Shown here piece by piece: positions 37,757-46,635 of a DNA stretch of 64,000 bases. Position 1 is the first letter of the stretch. Each line of letters opens with the position of its first letter. The notes below the pieces were generated by a model. That model was not told the DNA's origin, searched no databases, and was given only the letters and a program-made list of their open reading frames with translations. The DNA comes from a virus, in the IMG/VR virus record IMGVR_UViG_643692018_000001, positions 30,684-94,683 of that record; one strand, 5' to 3'. Position numbers and translations under genes: made by a program.

Positions 37757-38595
37757 CTACTCCTTCAAGCTGGGTGTTTTGCGTAATCCAAGGCCACGGG
37801 CGATGGCTGTATCCTCGCCCAGTAGCCTGATTAGCCGTATTCTGAACCACCGCCAGCGGCGGTCAGCTAGCACACCGTCACCAAGGTCTATCTGGTAGAA
37901 GTGATGAAAGTCGGTTTCTATGTCGTCCCAGCGGGAGAGCATGGAGGGCCATGTCAGTTTAGACATATCCACGTCGGGCCGTTCTTGAATCTTCTCCGCC
38001 CACCACTCACGTACGTACTCGCCGTATGTCTCAAGGATGAAGAGGTCTGGCGGCCCGCCTCCCGGATCGTTCTCCGAGTATGCCCCCGCGTAGGGGTCGT
38101 ACCAGAGGTCACTGTCCGGGGCGTAGGCCCACCCATCGGGGTCACGTCTTAGTCGTCCCCACTGGTCTCGCCACTCGTCTGGCCCGTCTCCTGGTTCTCC
38201 TGGGAGTCGTTGTTCAACTTCTCGAGTGCTTTTTTTACCGACCCGGTTTCAAAGTACGCCTTAGCCAGGTCGTCGCCGCTCGTGTACTTGATGTGAATGG
38301 TTTCCACGATGTGGTTGAGCTGTGGGAAGGTGGCGCCGTCCTTCATTAGCTGGCCGAGGAGGCCCCCGGTAATCTTGCCGGTCTCGGTATCGAACTTCGA
38401 CCCGACGAGGTGTGCGACGCGCTCGAAGGTGGCGAGGCCCTGCCCCGCCGCCGTTTTCTCGGTGCTCGAGTTCAGGTGTACGTGAAACTTGAGTACGTCC
38501 TGCGCGGTGGGGTCCACCGTGTACTCCTTGCCGTTCAGCGTGAACTTTACGTCGTTGGAGTCGAGGTGCTCCTGTAGTTGCCCGAAGTCGGTCAT
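37757..38595 (-). CDS. tail assembly chaperones G (38149-38595) and GT via -1 frameshift
   Basis: A-AAA-AAA at 38230-38236; the -1 frame is open into the 37757-37972 ORF. Confidence 0.85.
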
Positions 38596-38676
38596 CGCAT
38601 GTCCTTTCCTATGCGCTTGTGTTTCAACACCCTGGATTATGAACGGTCCGCATACGCGGTCAGTTACGGCATGACG

Positions 38677-38716
38677 AAACCCCCGCGCAGGAAAGGACAA
38701 AGCAACGCGGGGGTTC
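38677..38716 (-). terminator. terminator-like hairpin after major tail gene
   Basis: AACCCCCGCG / CGCGGGGGTT inverted repeat. Confidence 0.55.
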
Positions 38717-38767
38717 GCTCACCCGCCACTGGGGCGGGGAGAATTGGGGTTTAGGCTGCCGCTCTGG

Positions 38768-39385
38768 CTACTGGTCAGAAGCGCCAGGCACACCGCCCGG
38801 GTTTCCAGACTCGGCTGCTGCTGCACCCTTCGGGCGAATAATCTTCAGCAGCTCGTCTTCATCAATCGGGGTAGATTCCTTCTTCTCCTCGCCCTTCTTC
38901 ACGGAGTGAATACGGGTCGGCTCACAGGAAGACTTGAGATCGGAGGTGAAGGTGCGGAGGTCGTTCGCGCCACCGGAACCGGAGGTGAACGAGTTAGTCG
39001 CCGTACCCTCCCAGCCCTCGTCAATGTCGGTGCGCCAGGTGCGGAAGTCAACCTTGCCGTCCGAGCCGAGCTCCTCACCGGTCACCTTCAGCAGCTGCTG
39101 GTCCTCGGTGAGGAGGTCAAGGTCACCCTTGCGGGCAAACTGGCCCTCAACCGAAATAGTGAGGGAACGAGAGGTCTTTTCCTCGGACGCCCAGCCGTTA
39201 GAGTCAATATCGGAAGCGTCGACGGTGTTGGTCTCGATGTTGACGCCGAGGCTGGTGACGCCTCGCACGAACTTGTATTCTGCCGGGTCGGCGCCTACCG
39301 GCTTAACCTGCAATGCCCAGCCACGGTTGAGCTGCTTATTCAGCTCGCACGAGTTCGGGGCCGTCGCGTACTTAGCAATTGCCAT
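38768..39385 (-). CDS. major tail protein
   Basis: VDASDIDSNGWASEEKT..TISVEG; position. Confidence 0.85.
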   Translation of the reverse strand: MAIAKYATAPNSCELNKQLNRGWALQVKPVGADPAEYKFVRGVTSLGVNIETNTVDASDIDSNGWASEEKTSRSLTISVEGQFARKGDLDLLTEDQQLLKVTGEELGSDGKVDFRTWRTDIDEGWEGTATNSFTSGSGGANDLRTFTSDLKSSCEPTRIHSVKKGEEKKESTPIDEDELLKIIRPKGAAAAESGNPGGVPGASDQ

Positions 39386-39394
39386 GATGGTCTC

Positions 39395-39859
39395 CTAGGG
39401 AGTTGATGGGACTGCCAGCACTGCCTCGTAGGTGTCGATGCTATGCCAGCGAATGTTTGAATCCGGCACTGGTGGATCATTTAAGACCCGTCGGCAGACT
39501 AGGACGCCCTGCTGCGCGGTCAGCTGAATATCGGTGAGGTCATGCAGGGCATTCATGGCGCGGGCTGCGTCCCTAGCTGGGGTCAGCTGGTCCTCGGATG
39601 CGCCACGGAATGCGAGACTGAACCGGGCTGTCGGGTTGCTGTCGGACCAGTCGTTCCCGATGCTCACGTTGAAGATGCAGAGGGCGCGGTCCGGTTGGTC
39701 TAGCATCCTCCCGATGAACACGGCCGGGGTGTCCCCGTCTTCCTGGTTTCCTGTAGGGTCCGCGCACACACCCTGGGCGTGGAGGTAGGCGGCGAGGTGG
39801 TCGGCGAAGTCCTCATGGGTGGCGGGGCGTGGTTCGCTCTGCGTGTTGTACTCGGGCAC
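39395..39859 (-). CDS. tail terminator/completion protein
   Basis: Position; VFIGRMLDQPD. Confidence 0.65.
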   Translation of the reverse strand: MPEYNTQSEPRPATHEDFADHLAAYLHAQGVCADPTGNQEDGDTPAVFIGRMLDQPDRALCIFNVSIGNDWSDSNPTARFSLAFRGASEDQLTPARDAARAMNALHDLTDIQLTAQQGVLVCRRVLNDPPVPDSNIRWHSIDTYEAVLAVPSTP

Positions 39860-40210
39860 CTAGATCATCCCCTTAACATGATTCCGAATAATTTGGGCCA
39901 CTCTCTCGGCGTTCTGGGCCCGCGCCGTCTCCAGGTACTTGGCCTGGCCCGCACGCGGGTGGTTCCAGGTGGTCTCCTCATGCTGGCGGCGGATGTAGGG
40001 CAGGCCGTCGTAGCGAACAACGCCCTCAACCTTGCCGCCTGTATCCGTGCCGGGCACTGCTTGTGCGGACTGGCGTAGGTTTCCTGTCTCGCCCAGCGGG
40101 GTGAGGTCGACGGAGGTGGCCTCAACGACACGCGCCGCCTCCGACACGCCTTGTACCGCGCCCTGTTTCACCCGCTGCTTGACCTGCTCGGTGTTGAGTC
40201 GAAGGCTCAT
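39860..40210 (-). CDS. neck protein (HK97 gp10-like)
   Basis: TPLGETGNLRQS, YIRRQHE, GQAKYLE. Confidence 0.75.
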   Translation of the reverse strand: MSLRLNTEQVKQRVKQGAVQGVSEAARVVEATSVDLTPLGETGNLRQSAQAVPGTDTGGKVEGVVRYDGLPYIRRQHEETTWNHPRAGQAKYLETARAQNAERVAQIIRNHVKGMI

Positions 40211-40560
40211 AGGATAGTCACCTCCACATGGTCCGGTGTTAACCCGGTTCCGGTGTAGGCTCTGCGGGCTGTGACGACTTTCCGCTGCGGTTTCGCCCCG
40301 AACTCTGACGGTATCGTCACCGTGGAGCCGATAGCTGGGAGTGGCCCCTCCACATCCCAGTTGAGGGTACCGGCCACGGTGACCTCCTCCCCACGCCCTA
40401 CGCCGGACTGCACCACGCGGGACTGCATGTTGATAGACGCCATGACGGTGCGCTCCGGCCCGTATGTGACGCCCCTAGCGGTTCGTATCTCCTCACCCTG
40501 GAGCTTCACCTCATGCCTAAACCAGAGGCGCGCCAGGGTCTCGCTCGTGTTGCTACGCAT
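40207..40560 (-). CDS. head-closure protein
   Basis: Position and size. Confidence 0.55.
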   Translation of the reverse strand: MRSNTSETLARLWFRHEVKLQGEEIRTARGVTYGPERTVMASINMQSRVVQSGVGRGEEVTVAGTLNWDVEGPLPAIGSTVTIPSEFGAKPQRKVVTARRAYTGTGLTPDHVEVTIL

Positions 40561-40565
40561 CGCCT

Positions 40566-41015
40566 CTACACCCGAATCCATGGCTGGACACCAATAAGAC
40601 CGGCGTCCTCCAGGATGAGGAGCGCGCCCTCGGACGGCTCCCCGGCGAGAAGACGGGTACGGGCTGCGGTAGATACGCTGTTATCGAAAGACACCGACGA
40701 GCCGTTGTTAGATGAGGAGGCCACGGATGCCTCCACATTGGCGCCGCCGGTCGACAACTCCCCCACAACCCCGGCCTCAACCCAAGCAAGTACCTGGGCA
40801 CTCGTGGCGTCACGGAATGCCGACCGAATACGGTCACTTGTCGGCATCCCGTACTCGTCTACCGCGTAGACAGCGGATTTAGTGTAGCGGCGCATCAGCA
40901 TCGATGCCCGGGTAATGAGACTGTCTAGCTGAGCATCGTCTAAACCGTCATAGGTGCCGGGAATAGCGTCAGCAATAAGCTCCGTCCGGTCAATGTAGTT
41001 CATTTCAATGTTCAC
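40566..41015 (-). CDS. head-tail adaptor
   Basis: LITRAS..DATSAQV..ILEDAGL. Confidence 0.65.
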   Translation of the reverse strand: MNIEMNYIDRTELIADAIPGTYDGLDDAQLDSLITRASMLMRRYTKSAVYAVDEYGMPTSDRIRSAFRDATSAQVLAWVEAGVVGELSTGGANVEASVASSSNNGSSVSFDNSVSTAARTRLLAGEPSEGALLILEDAGLIGVQPWIRV

Positions 41016-41180
41016 CGCTCCCCACCTCCAAAAGGGGAAACATCATTGTGTTGTAGGTATGGAAAAGGGCGGGCTACCCAACACCCCTCTAGCACCTATC
41101 TAGAGGATGGGTAGACCGCCCTATGTAGCGCCCGCCCTAGGTCGCCGTGCCGGTGGCAACCGTAGGTAGGGCACTAGCTG

Positions 41181-42089
41181 CTAGGCCGCGTCGGCGGGTG
41201 CAGCGGAGCCGAGGGCGCCCTGAGCCACGTCGGTCTCGACGTAGACCAGACCCTTCGGGTTGACTACCTTCGCGCCGAAGACCTGAAGGCCACGGATAAT
41301 ATCGCCGAAGCGATCCGGGTCACGGAACGCCTCCAGCTCACGGAGCTGGGTAGCGAACGCCAGGGCACCAGGAACACCCGCCACAATGCCCTCGCGGCCT
41401 GCGGTGACCGGGGCGTTGTTGGACTGGTACACGTTCAGACCAAGCTGCGGGATAGACGAGATGAGGCCATTACGGGCCACAATGTCAGTACCCGCTGCAT
41501 GCGCCTGGGTGACGCGACGGTCCGCAAGAAGGGCGGAGCCGAAGTTAGGACCGACCACGATCCAGCGCTGGGCGGTGGGTGCGGACACCTTGTTCAGCTC
41601 GGTGGCGAGCTTGCGAACAACGTCCCACGCGGTGATCTGGCCCTTTCCGGGGCGGTAGAAGTCGGAGCCGTCAAACACCGTCTGGTTCGGCAGCTTGTTG
41701 CTAGCACCCTCCTTCAATGCCTTTGCGACAGCCTTATCAATCTCGTCGGCCATTTCGGAGCCGTGCTGGTTGGTAGCGGCGGAGGCGAAGTCACCGGCCG
41801 CCTGCACACGGTCAACGTCGGAGACGCGGAAACCGTAGTACTTCTCCTGGTCCATGACCAGCTTCACAGAGGTCGTGGTCAGGTCGTCGTACTCAAGGTC
41901 CTTGGTACGGTCGTGGTTCTTGATGGTGGCGTTGCCGATGGAGTTAATCTCCACGGTGTCGCCACTGTTCTGGAGCATTGGCTGGTACTTGGTGTCAGCG
42001 ATGCCCGGCTGGGTGTAGATGCTGGACTTCTGGAACGGAACGATGAGTTCCGGTGCCCAGAGCTTAGGGATAAAGGATGCGACAGACAT
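41181..42089 (-). CDS. major capsid protein
   Basis: FIPKLWA, GDTVEI, DQEKYYGF, DIIRGLQVFGAKV. Confidence 0.9.
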   Translation of the reverse strand: MSVASFIPKLWAPELIVPFQKSSIYTQPGIADTKYQPMLQNSGDTVEINSIGNATIKNHDRTKDLEYDDLTTTSVKLVMDQEKYYGFRVSDVDRVQAAGDFASAATNQHGSEMADEIDKAVAKALKEGASNKLPNQTVFDGSDFYRPGKGQITAWDVVRKLATELNKVSAPTAQRWIVVGPNFGSALLADRRVTQAHAAGTDIVARNGLISSIPQLGLNVYQSNNAPVTAGREGIVAGVPGALAFATQLRELEAFRDPDRFGDIIRGLQVFGAKVVNPKGLVYVETDVAQGALGSAAPADAA

Positions 42090-42101
42090 ACGCGTATCTC
42101 C

Positions 42102-42779
42102 TTAGAATAGGTGGTTTAGCTTCCCGGCCTTACGCGCCTCGTAGATTTCCTCAGGGGACATGTTGTCCAGGTCCTCTACGGTGAGCTTGCGGGAGCCACT
42201 GTTTTCGGATGGTGTCGGAGCGTTACCGGAAGATGCGGGCGCCACCTGGGCGCGCAGCTTCGGGGTTGCTGCCACCGTCTCCGAGACGAGCTCAGCCACC
42301 TGGGCTTCGTAGTCATCGGCGGACGGGTCAAGGGCTGCGAATGCTTCACCGCCCTTAATGAAGGGGACAGTCAGATCCGGGTCGGCCTTAGCCTTCTGTA
42401 CCGCTTCGCTGAGCGCTACCCGCTGACGCAGCTGGTTGTACCGCTCATCGGCGGCCTTAGCCTGCTCCTGGTACTTCTTGCCGAGGTCCTCGACGTCTTC
42501 CTCCTCCGCGAGGCCCATGACCTTAGCCAGGTTCTGCTTGTAGGACTCGAACTGCTGCTCGATCTCCTGCTGGCGTTTCTCGAACTCGGCGGTCGCCTTT
42601 TCCTGCTCGCGGAACTTCGTGCGCCACTTCGCGGCCTCAGCGTTGAGTTGGGAGATACGGTCATCGCCCTCCTCGTTGTGCTGCGGGCTGGTGGGCTCCT
42701 GGCCTTCCTCCTGCCCCGGCTGCTGGGTGGTGTTCTCAGTGTTCTGCTCGTCGGCGACGGAGGCGGTGGTGTCTGACAT
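42102..42779 (-). CDS. capsid scaffolding protein
   Basis: Acidic coiled coil, LNAEAAKWR, precedes capsid gene. Confidence 0.8.
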   Translation of the reverse strand: MSDTTASVADEQNTENTTQQPGQEEGQEPTSPQHNEEGDDRISQLNAEAAKWRTKFREQEKATAEFEKRQQEIEQQFESYKQNLAKVMGLAEEEDVEDLGKKYQEQAKAADERYNQLRQRVALSEAVQKAKADPDLTVPFIKGGEAFAALDPSADDYEAQVAELVSETVAATPKLRAQVAPASSGNAPTPSENSGSRKLTVEDLDNMSPEEIYEARKAGKLNHLF

Positions 42780-42860
42780 ATGGGTGTCCCTTCATTGTCT
42801 TGGTTTGTGGTAACTCCTGGTCTGCCACTGCCCCAGATGATGCGGGTGTTGTGTGTGCGG

Positions 42861-44846
42861 TCAGCTTCTCGGTCGTTCGCGGTGCGACCATCGGGTGAGG
42901 TGCTCGTGGTTATTGACGTGCTCCCGGATGCGCCGGTTCCACCCTTTCGTTTTGGCGCGGGCAGTGTCCCGGTCAAGTGGGGAGAGAGCTACGGCCTCGC
43001 GGCGTTTCCAGCGGCGGAGTTGCCGCTCCATGTACCGCTGCTGTTGTGTCGCCTTGTACTTACGTTTGTTCTCAGCGGGGCTATCCATCGGGACCTGTGG
43101 TGTTGGGTCGCCCGGGGTGTAGGCGGTATCGCGGTGCCGACAGTTGTGTACTACAATTCCATTCAAAGCATAGAAACCTAGTTCGGTTTGGAAGTCGTAC
43201 GCATGGCCCCTAAATATGAATTTCTCGACACTAACCACCTCGTCCGACTCCACAACGCCGGGCACAGCTGCACAGACATCGGACGGATGTTCGGAGTCTC
43301 CAGGTCGACGGTAGGAAAGCGCCTCAAGGCTGCCGGTCTCCCGCCCATCAAGGCCCGGCGCAACATCAACATCCCCGAAGTTATCGACCTGTACGAAACC
43401 GGCCTCAGCTGCGAGCAGATTGGCTCCCAGCTTGGGGTTAGCGGCACCACCATTAGGCGACGCCTCAAGAAGGAAGGCATCACCTTGAGGCAAGGCCCCT
43501 CCTACCGGAGTAGCAACTCCATGGAGCAGCGAATGAAGACCGCTATGACCAACTGCTTCGCCCCTACCCATATCGGGCCAAACGAAACGCACTTCGCCGG
43601 TTTCCTTAACGATCTTGGTGTCGGGTACAGGCAGCAAACAGTCATCGGCCATTACAACGTCGACTTCACCCTTGAGAAACTGCCTGTCGTCATTGAAGTG
43701 GTATCCGGAGGTAGTAGCGCTAGTGCTCGTGCCATAGCGTTTGAGCGAAGCAAATTCATCCTCAACAGTGGCTGGCATCTCTTCGAGCTTCGGCTCACCT
43801 CCGATAACGGGTACCGTCCGGTCACTCTCGACGGTGTTGAAAAGATGATCGCCTACGCGGATGCTCTCGGCAGTACGCCACCCTCTGCTGGTAAGTATCG
43901 GGTGTTCAGGGGAGACGGTCGCCTTGTGTCCCTTCGCGGTGCGAATCGTGAACGCTGGGCCGAAGTAGGTGCCCTTTGATGCGCCTACGGTTCCGGCGAA
44001 GGTGTCGATAGTCTGCTCTCCTCCGAGGATTGCGTTGGGGTGGTGATATCCCTTGCTGATTGCACCCCTCAGCGTGTCCTTGACATGCACCGTCACCTGC
44101 TCCCCCGTCGCCGGGTCTACCATCTCACGTACCCCTGCCCCGCCCGAGATCGCCAAAAGTTGATTCTGGAACGGGTAGCACTGCGGCGCCGAGGCCGTGT
44201 GCCACGAAGCGCGCACCAGCTCCACACCGGCCTGCTCATAACCGGATAGGTGCCCCTCCTGGGTGGCCTGATTCCTCATCGTCCTTACGGACATGTCCAC
44301 GTAGGAGTCAAGCGCCCATTTACGCCCGGCCCTATCCACAAATGCGGTGATGCCCCTGTCGGCGTATTGGTTGAGGGCGTGCCTCATTGCTGCCCTATGG
44401 TCAGCCCCGGCAATAATCGAGGACTGTACCGTCTGGGCGGTGATACTGCGGTACACGTCGGAGACTTCACGGACGACCCTGAGATGTGTGGACGCTATCG
44501 CCTGCGAGGCGCCGGTGGCCGCTACCTGTACGGCTGACAGGGCGGCCACGGTGGGTATCGCCTCAGCACTGCGCCCCACATCTTCTAGGACTCCGAGCAT
44601 CGCGGCCTTAAACTCCGCCACGGCCAACTCCTCGACCATGCTGGTGGTCTTAGCCCCAGCGGCGGTAAGGATACGACGGGCCCGCTCTAAGAGCTTCCGA
44701 ACCTCAGCGTCGCGGTAGAGGAGCCGGTTAACATCCTCATAGGTGCCGTGCTTAATAGCTGCCGAGAGCTCACGAAGGATCAGTATTTCCGCGTCCTCAT
44801 AGAGGCGCACAAGGCGGGCAGCCTGCCTGTCTTTACTGTCCGCCAT
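42861..44846 (-). CDS. phage minor capsid (MuF-related) protein containing an intein
   Basis: FVDRAGRKW, HPN|CRH split by intein, QQRYMERQLRRWKR. Confidence 0.88.
   Translation of the reverse strand: MADSKDRQAARLVRLYEDAEILILRELSAAIKHGTYEDVNRLLYRDAEVRKLLERARRILTAAGAKTTSMVEELAVAEFKAAMLGVLEDVGRSAEAIPTVAALSAVQVAATGASQAIASTHLRVVREVSDVYRSITAQTVQSSIIAGADHRAAMRHALNQYADRGITAFVDRAGRKWALDSYVDMSVRTMRNQATQEGHLSGYEQAGVELVRASWHTASAPQCYPFQNQLLAISGGAGVREMVDPATGEQVTVHVKDTLRGAISKGYHHPNAILGGEQTIDTFAGTVGASKGTYFGPAFTIRTAKGHKATVSPEHPILTSRGWRTAESIRVGDHLFNTVESDRTVPVIGGEPKLEEMPATVEDEFASLKRYGTSTSATTSGYHFNDDRQFLKGEVDVVMADDCLLPVPDTKIVKETGEVRFVWPDMGRGEAVGHSGLHSLLHGVATPVGGALPQGDAFLLEASPNGGAANPKLGANLLAAEAGFVQVDNFGDVDVAPGLDGRETGSLEALSYRRPGDSEHPSDVCAAVPGVVESDEVVSVEKFIFRGHAYDFQTELGFYALNGIVVHNCRHRDTAYTPGDPTPQVPMDSPAENKRKYKATQQQRYMERQLRRWKRREAVALSPLDRDTARAKTKGWNRRIREHVNNHEHLTRWSHRERPRS
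43143..44033 (-). mobile_element. intein, 297 aa, Ala1
   Basis: AILGG start; TVSPEHPILT..GW..IRVGD; AYDFQT..YALNGIVVHN/C. Confidence 0.85.
43203..43979 (+). CDS. antisense nested HTH-HTH-DUF559/Vsr-like endonuclease
   Basis: GHSCTDIGRMFGVSRSTVGKRL; GLSCEQIGSQLGVSGTTIRRRL; RQQTVIGHYNVDF..VVIEV..R..FI...GW. Confidence 0.8.
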   Translation: MAPKYEFLDTNHLVRLHNAGHSCTDIGRMFGVSRSTVGKRLKAAGLPPIKARRNINIPEVIDLYETGLSCEQIGSQLGVSGTTIRRRLKKEGITLRQGPSYRSSNSMEQRMKTAMTNCFAPTHIGPNETHFAGFLNDLGVGYRQQTVIGHYNVDFTLEKLPVVIEVVSGGSSASARAIAFERSKFILNSGWHLFELRLTSDNGYRPVTLDGVEKMIAYADALGSTPPSAGKYRVFRGDGRLVSLRGANRERWAEVGAL

Positions 44847-44849
44847 GGG

Positions 44850-46424
44850 CTACTCACTATCGGATAGTGGGGCCATATCCTCACCCAGCCCAAGAAGCGG
44901 GTCCTGCGGCATGGCGGCGGCCTGGTCCTGCTTGATTCTGAGCTCCTCAGCCTCGACCTCCTCCGGCGTCCACTCGGGGTGCAGCTTTGTGAGGGCGGCG
45001 CGGATAGACATGAGCCCGCTCGTGTACACGGTGGTGACACTGCCGGTCAGCTCTTGCTCGGAGACCTCTATCTGGTCCGGGAGGGACACGACCACGGGTT
45101 TGGTTGGTGGCGTGTAGCCGTTCAGCAACGCGTCCATGTGGAGATAGGCGGTGAGGATGTGAGAGAGGTGGGCGCGCTCGTGGCGGCCCTTCGTGTCGGC
45201 GGTGGCGCGGGTGCGTCGGGTGCGGGCCCGTGTCTCCGTTGCCGTCATCTCACCAGTTGCCTGAGCGTCCATGTCTACGGTGAAGGGAGATAGGCCCAGC
45301 GCGGATACAGCCTTACGGATACCGGAGTCGATGAGAGTGAGGTATTGCTCCACACGCATGTCGAATTGGATCTGCTCGAAGGTTGGCTTCGCTTCAACGC
45401 TGGCGGACATTGACGCCTTGTACACGTCGCGGAACCAATCGAGGTACGAGCCCTGCCCCGGCCCGTCACTCTCTAGGAGTTCCTCGGAGACAAAGAGACG
45501 CCCGCGTGCTGCCTCAACCTCGTGTTGAAGTTGTGACCAATTATGGTCGATGTTCTCGAAGATTCCCGCTGCACGCGCCACATCCGACGTGTGGTAGTAG
45601 CGCAGTAGTTTCTTCTGCCGCCAGGCGTGGCGTGGCCTGTAGTTGTCCAGCATGTCGGCGGTAATGAGCCCCGAGCCGGTTGGGAGAATAGTCCCCTCCC
45701 GTAGGCCCTCAAGCTCCATGAGATACGCGGCTTCCGGTATCTCGTCATAGGGCACCGGGTGGCCGAGACTACTGTCTGACCCCTTGAACAACTGGTATTC
45801 AATCTGGCCCGGCGTGTGCCGCTGGAGGAGGCGGAAATAGTCATCGTCGTGCTGGTAGGTGTCCCAGAATAGGATCGCTATCTGGCGCCCGTTCTCAAAC
45901 TCGGCCATGCCGTTATCCGCGTCAACCCACTCAATCCATGGGTGCGGGTCCACTGATTGATTCCATACCACGCGGCCATATACCCAGCCGTGTGACCCGG
46001 CTCTGTAGACCGCGCCCCACCAGTCGGAGGCGAAGCGGTCTGAGGATACGAGACGGTCTAGGGCCTCGGCTGCCTCCATGTTGCCCTCATCCTCGGCGGA
46101 GAGTTTTGCCTGCGGTGGTTTGCCTGCCATGTAGTCAGCTAGGGCGGTGGTGAGCTCGTCAGCAATGGGCAAATGATGCGTCACAAGGTGAGACGCTTCG
46201 GGGGTGCTGCGCTGTGGTTTGCCAAGGAAAGCGCGGGATGCTGCACCGACCACACCGCCGTTGAACTGGGTGCGGTGGGTGTATGGCCTGCCATTCTGCC
46301 TAGCCCGACGCTCATTAATGACGTCTGTATCGCCGGAGATTAGCGCATCGTCACGGCGGATTGCCTCAAGTGCCGGGGCGTATTCCTCGGGTGGCCACGG
46401 CGTGTTTGGGGCGGGCATTGGCAT
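44850..46424 (-). CDS. portal protein
   Basis: AAGGAGGA SD before MPMPAPNTPWPP; TATE motif; between terminase and minor capsid. Confidence 0.88.
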   Translation of the reverse strand: MPMPAPNTPWPPEEYAPALEAIRRDDALISGDTDVINERRARQNGRPYTHRTQFNGGVVGAASRAFLGKPQRSTPEASHLVTHHLPIADELTTALADYMAGKPPQAKLSAEDEGNMEAAEALDRLVSSDRFASDWWGAVYRAGSHGWVYGRVVWNQSVDPHPWIEWVDADNGMAEFENGRQIAILFWDTYQHDDDYFRLLQRHTPGQIEYQLFKGSDSSLGHPVPYDEIPEAAYLMELEGLREGTILPTGSGLITADMLDNYRPRHAWRQKKLLRYYHTSDVARAAGIFENIDHNWSQLQHEVEAARGRLFVSEELLESDGPGQGSYLDWFRDVYKASMSASVEAKPTFEQIQFDMRVEQYLTLIDSGIRKAVSALGLSPFTVDMDAQATGEMTATETRARTRRTRATADTKGRHERAHLSHILTAYLHMDALLNGYTPPTKPVVVSLPDQIEVSEQELTGSVTTVYTSGLMSIRAALTKLHPEWTPEEVEAEELRIKQDQAAAMPQDPLLGLGEDMAPLSDSE

Positions 46425-46635
46425 GGGTGTTCCTCCTTGGCTACGTCTGCCGGGGTGGTGCAAGGGCGCAGCCCCCGTCAACCGCCGAAGTTGGCGACGG
46501 AGCGCGCAGCCTAGCCGTTGGGGAACGAGCGCGGATAGTGGCCTATCCGACCCTATGGCGGCCGACGATTGGCTGGCGCGGGGTGGCTTACGTGCCCGAG
46601 AATGCGAACGACACAACGCCCTTGCACGGCTATGA

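Noticed and set aside
31092..37898. Many long plus-strand ORFs opposite the tape measure gene
   Set aside because: No recognisable motifs; typical high-GC shadow ORFs, unlike 43203-43979
37954..38145. Stand-alone 63 aa ORF
   Set aside because: Region is better explained by the -1 frame GT product
46425..46616. 64-aa N-terminal extension of portal in the ORF track
   Set aside because: Strong SD precedes ATG at 46424; upstream sequence looks like structured non-coding DNA
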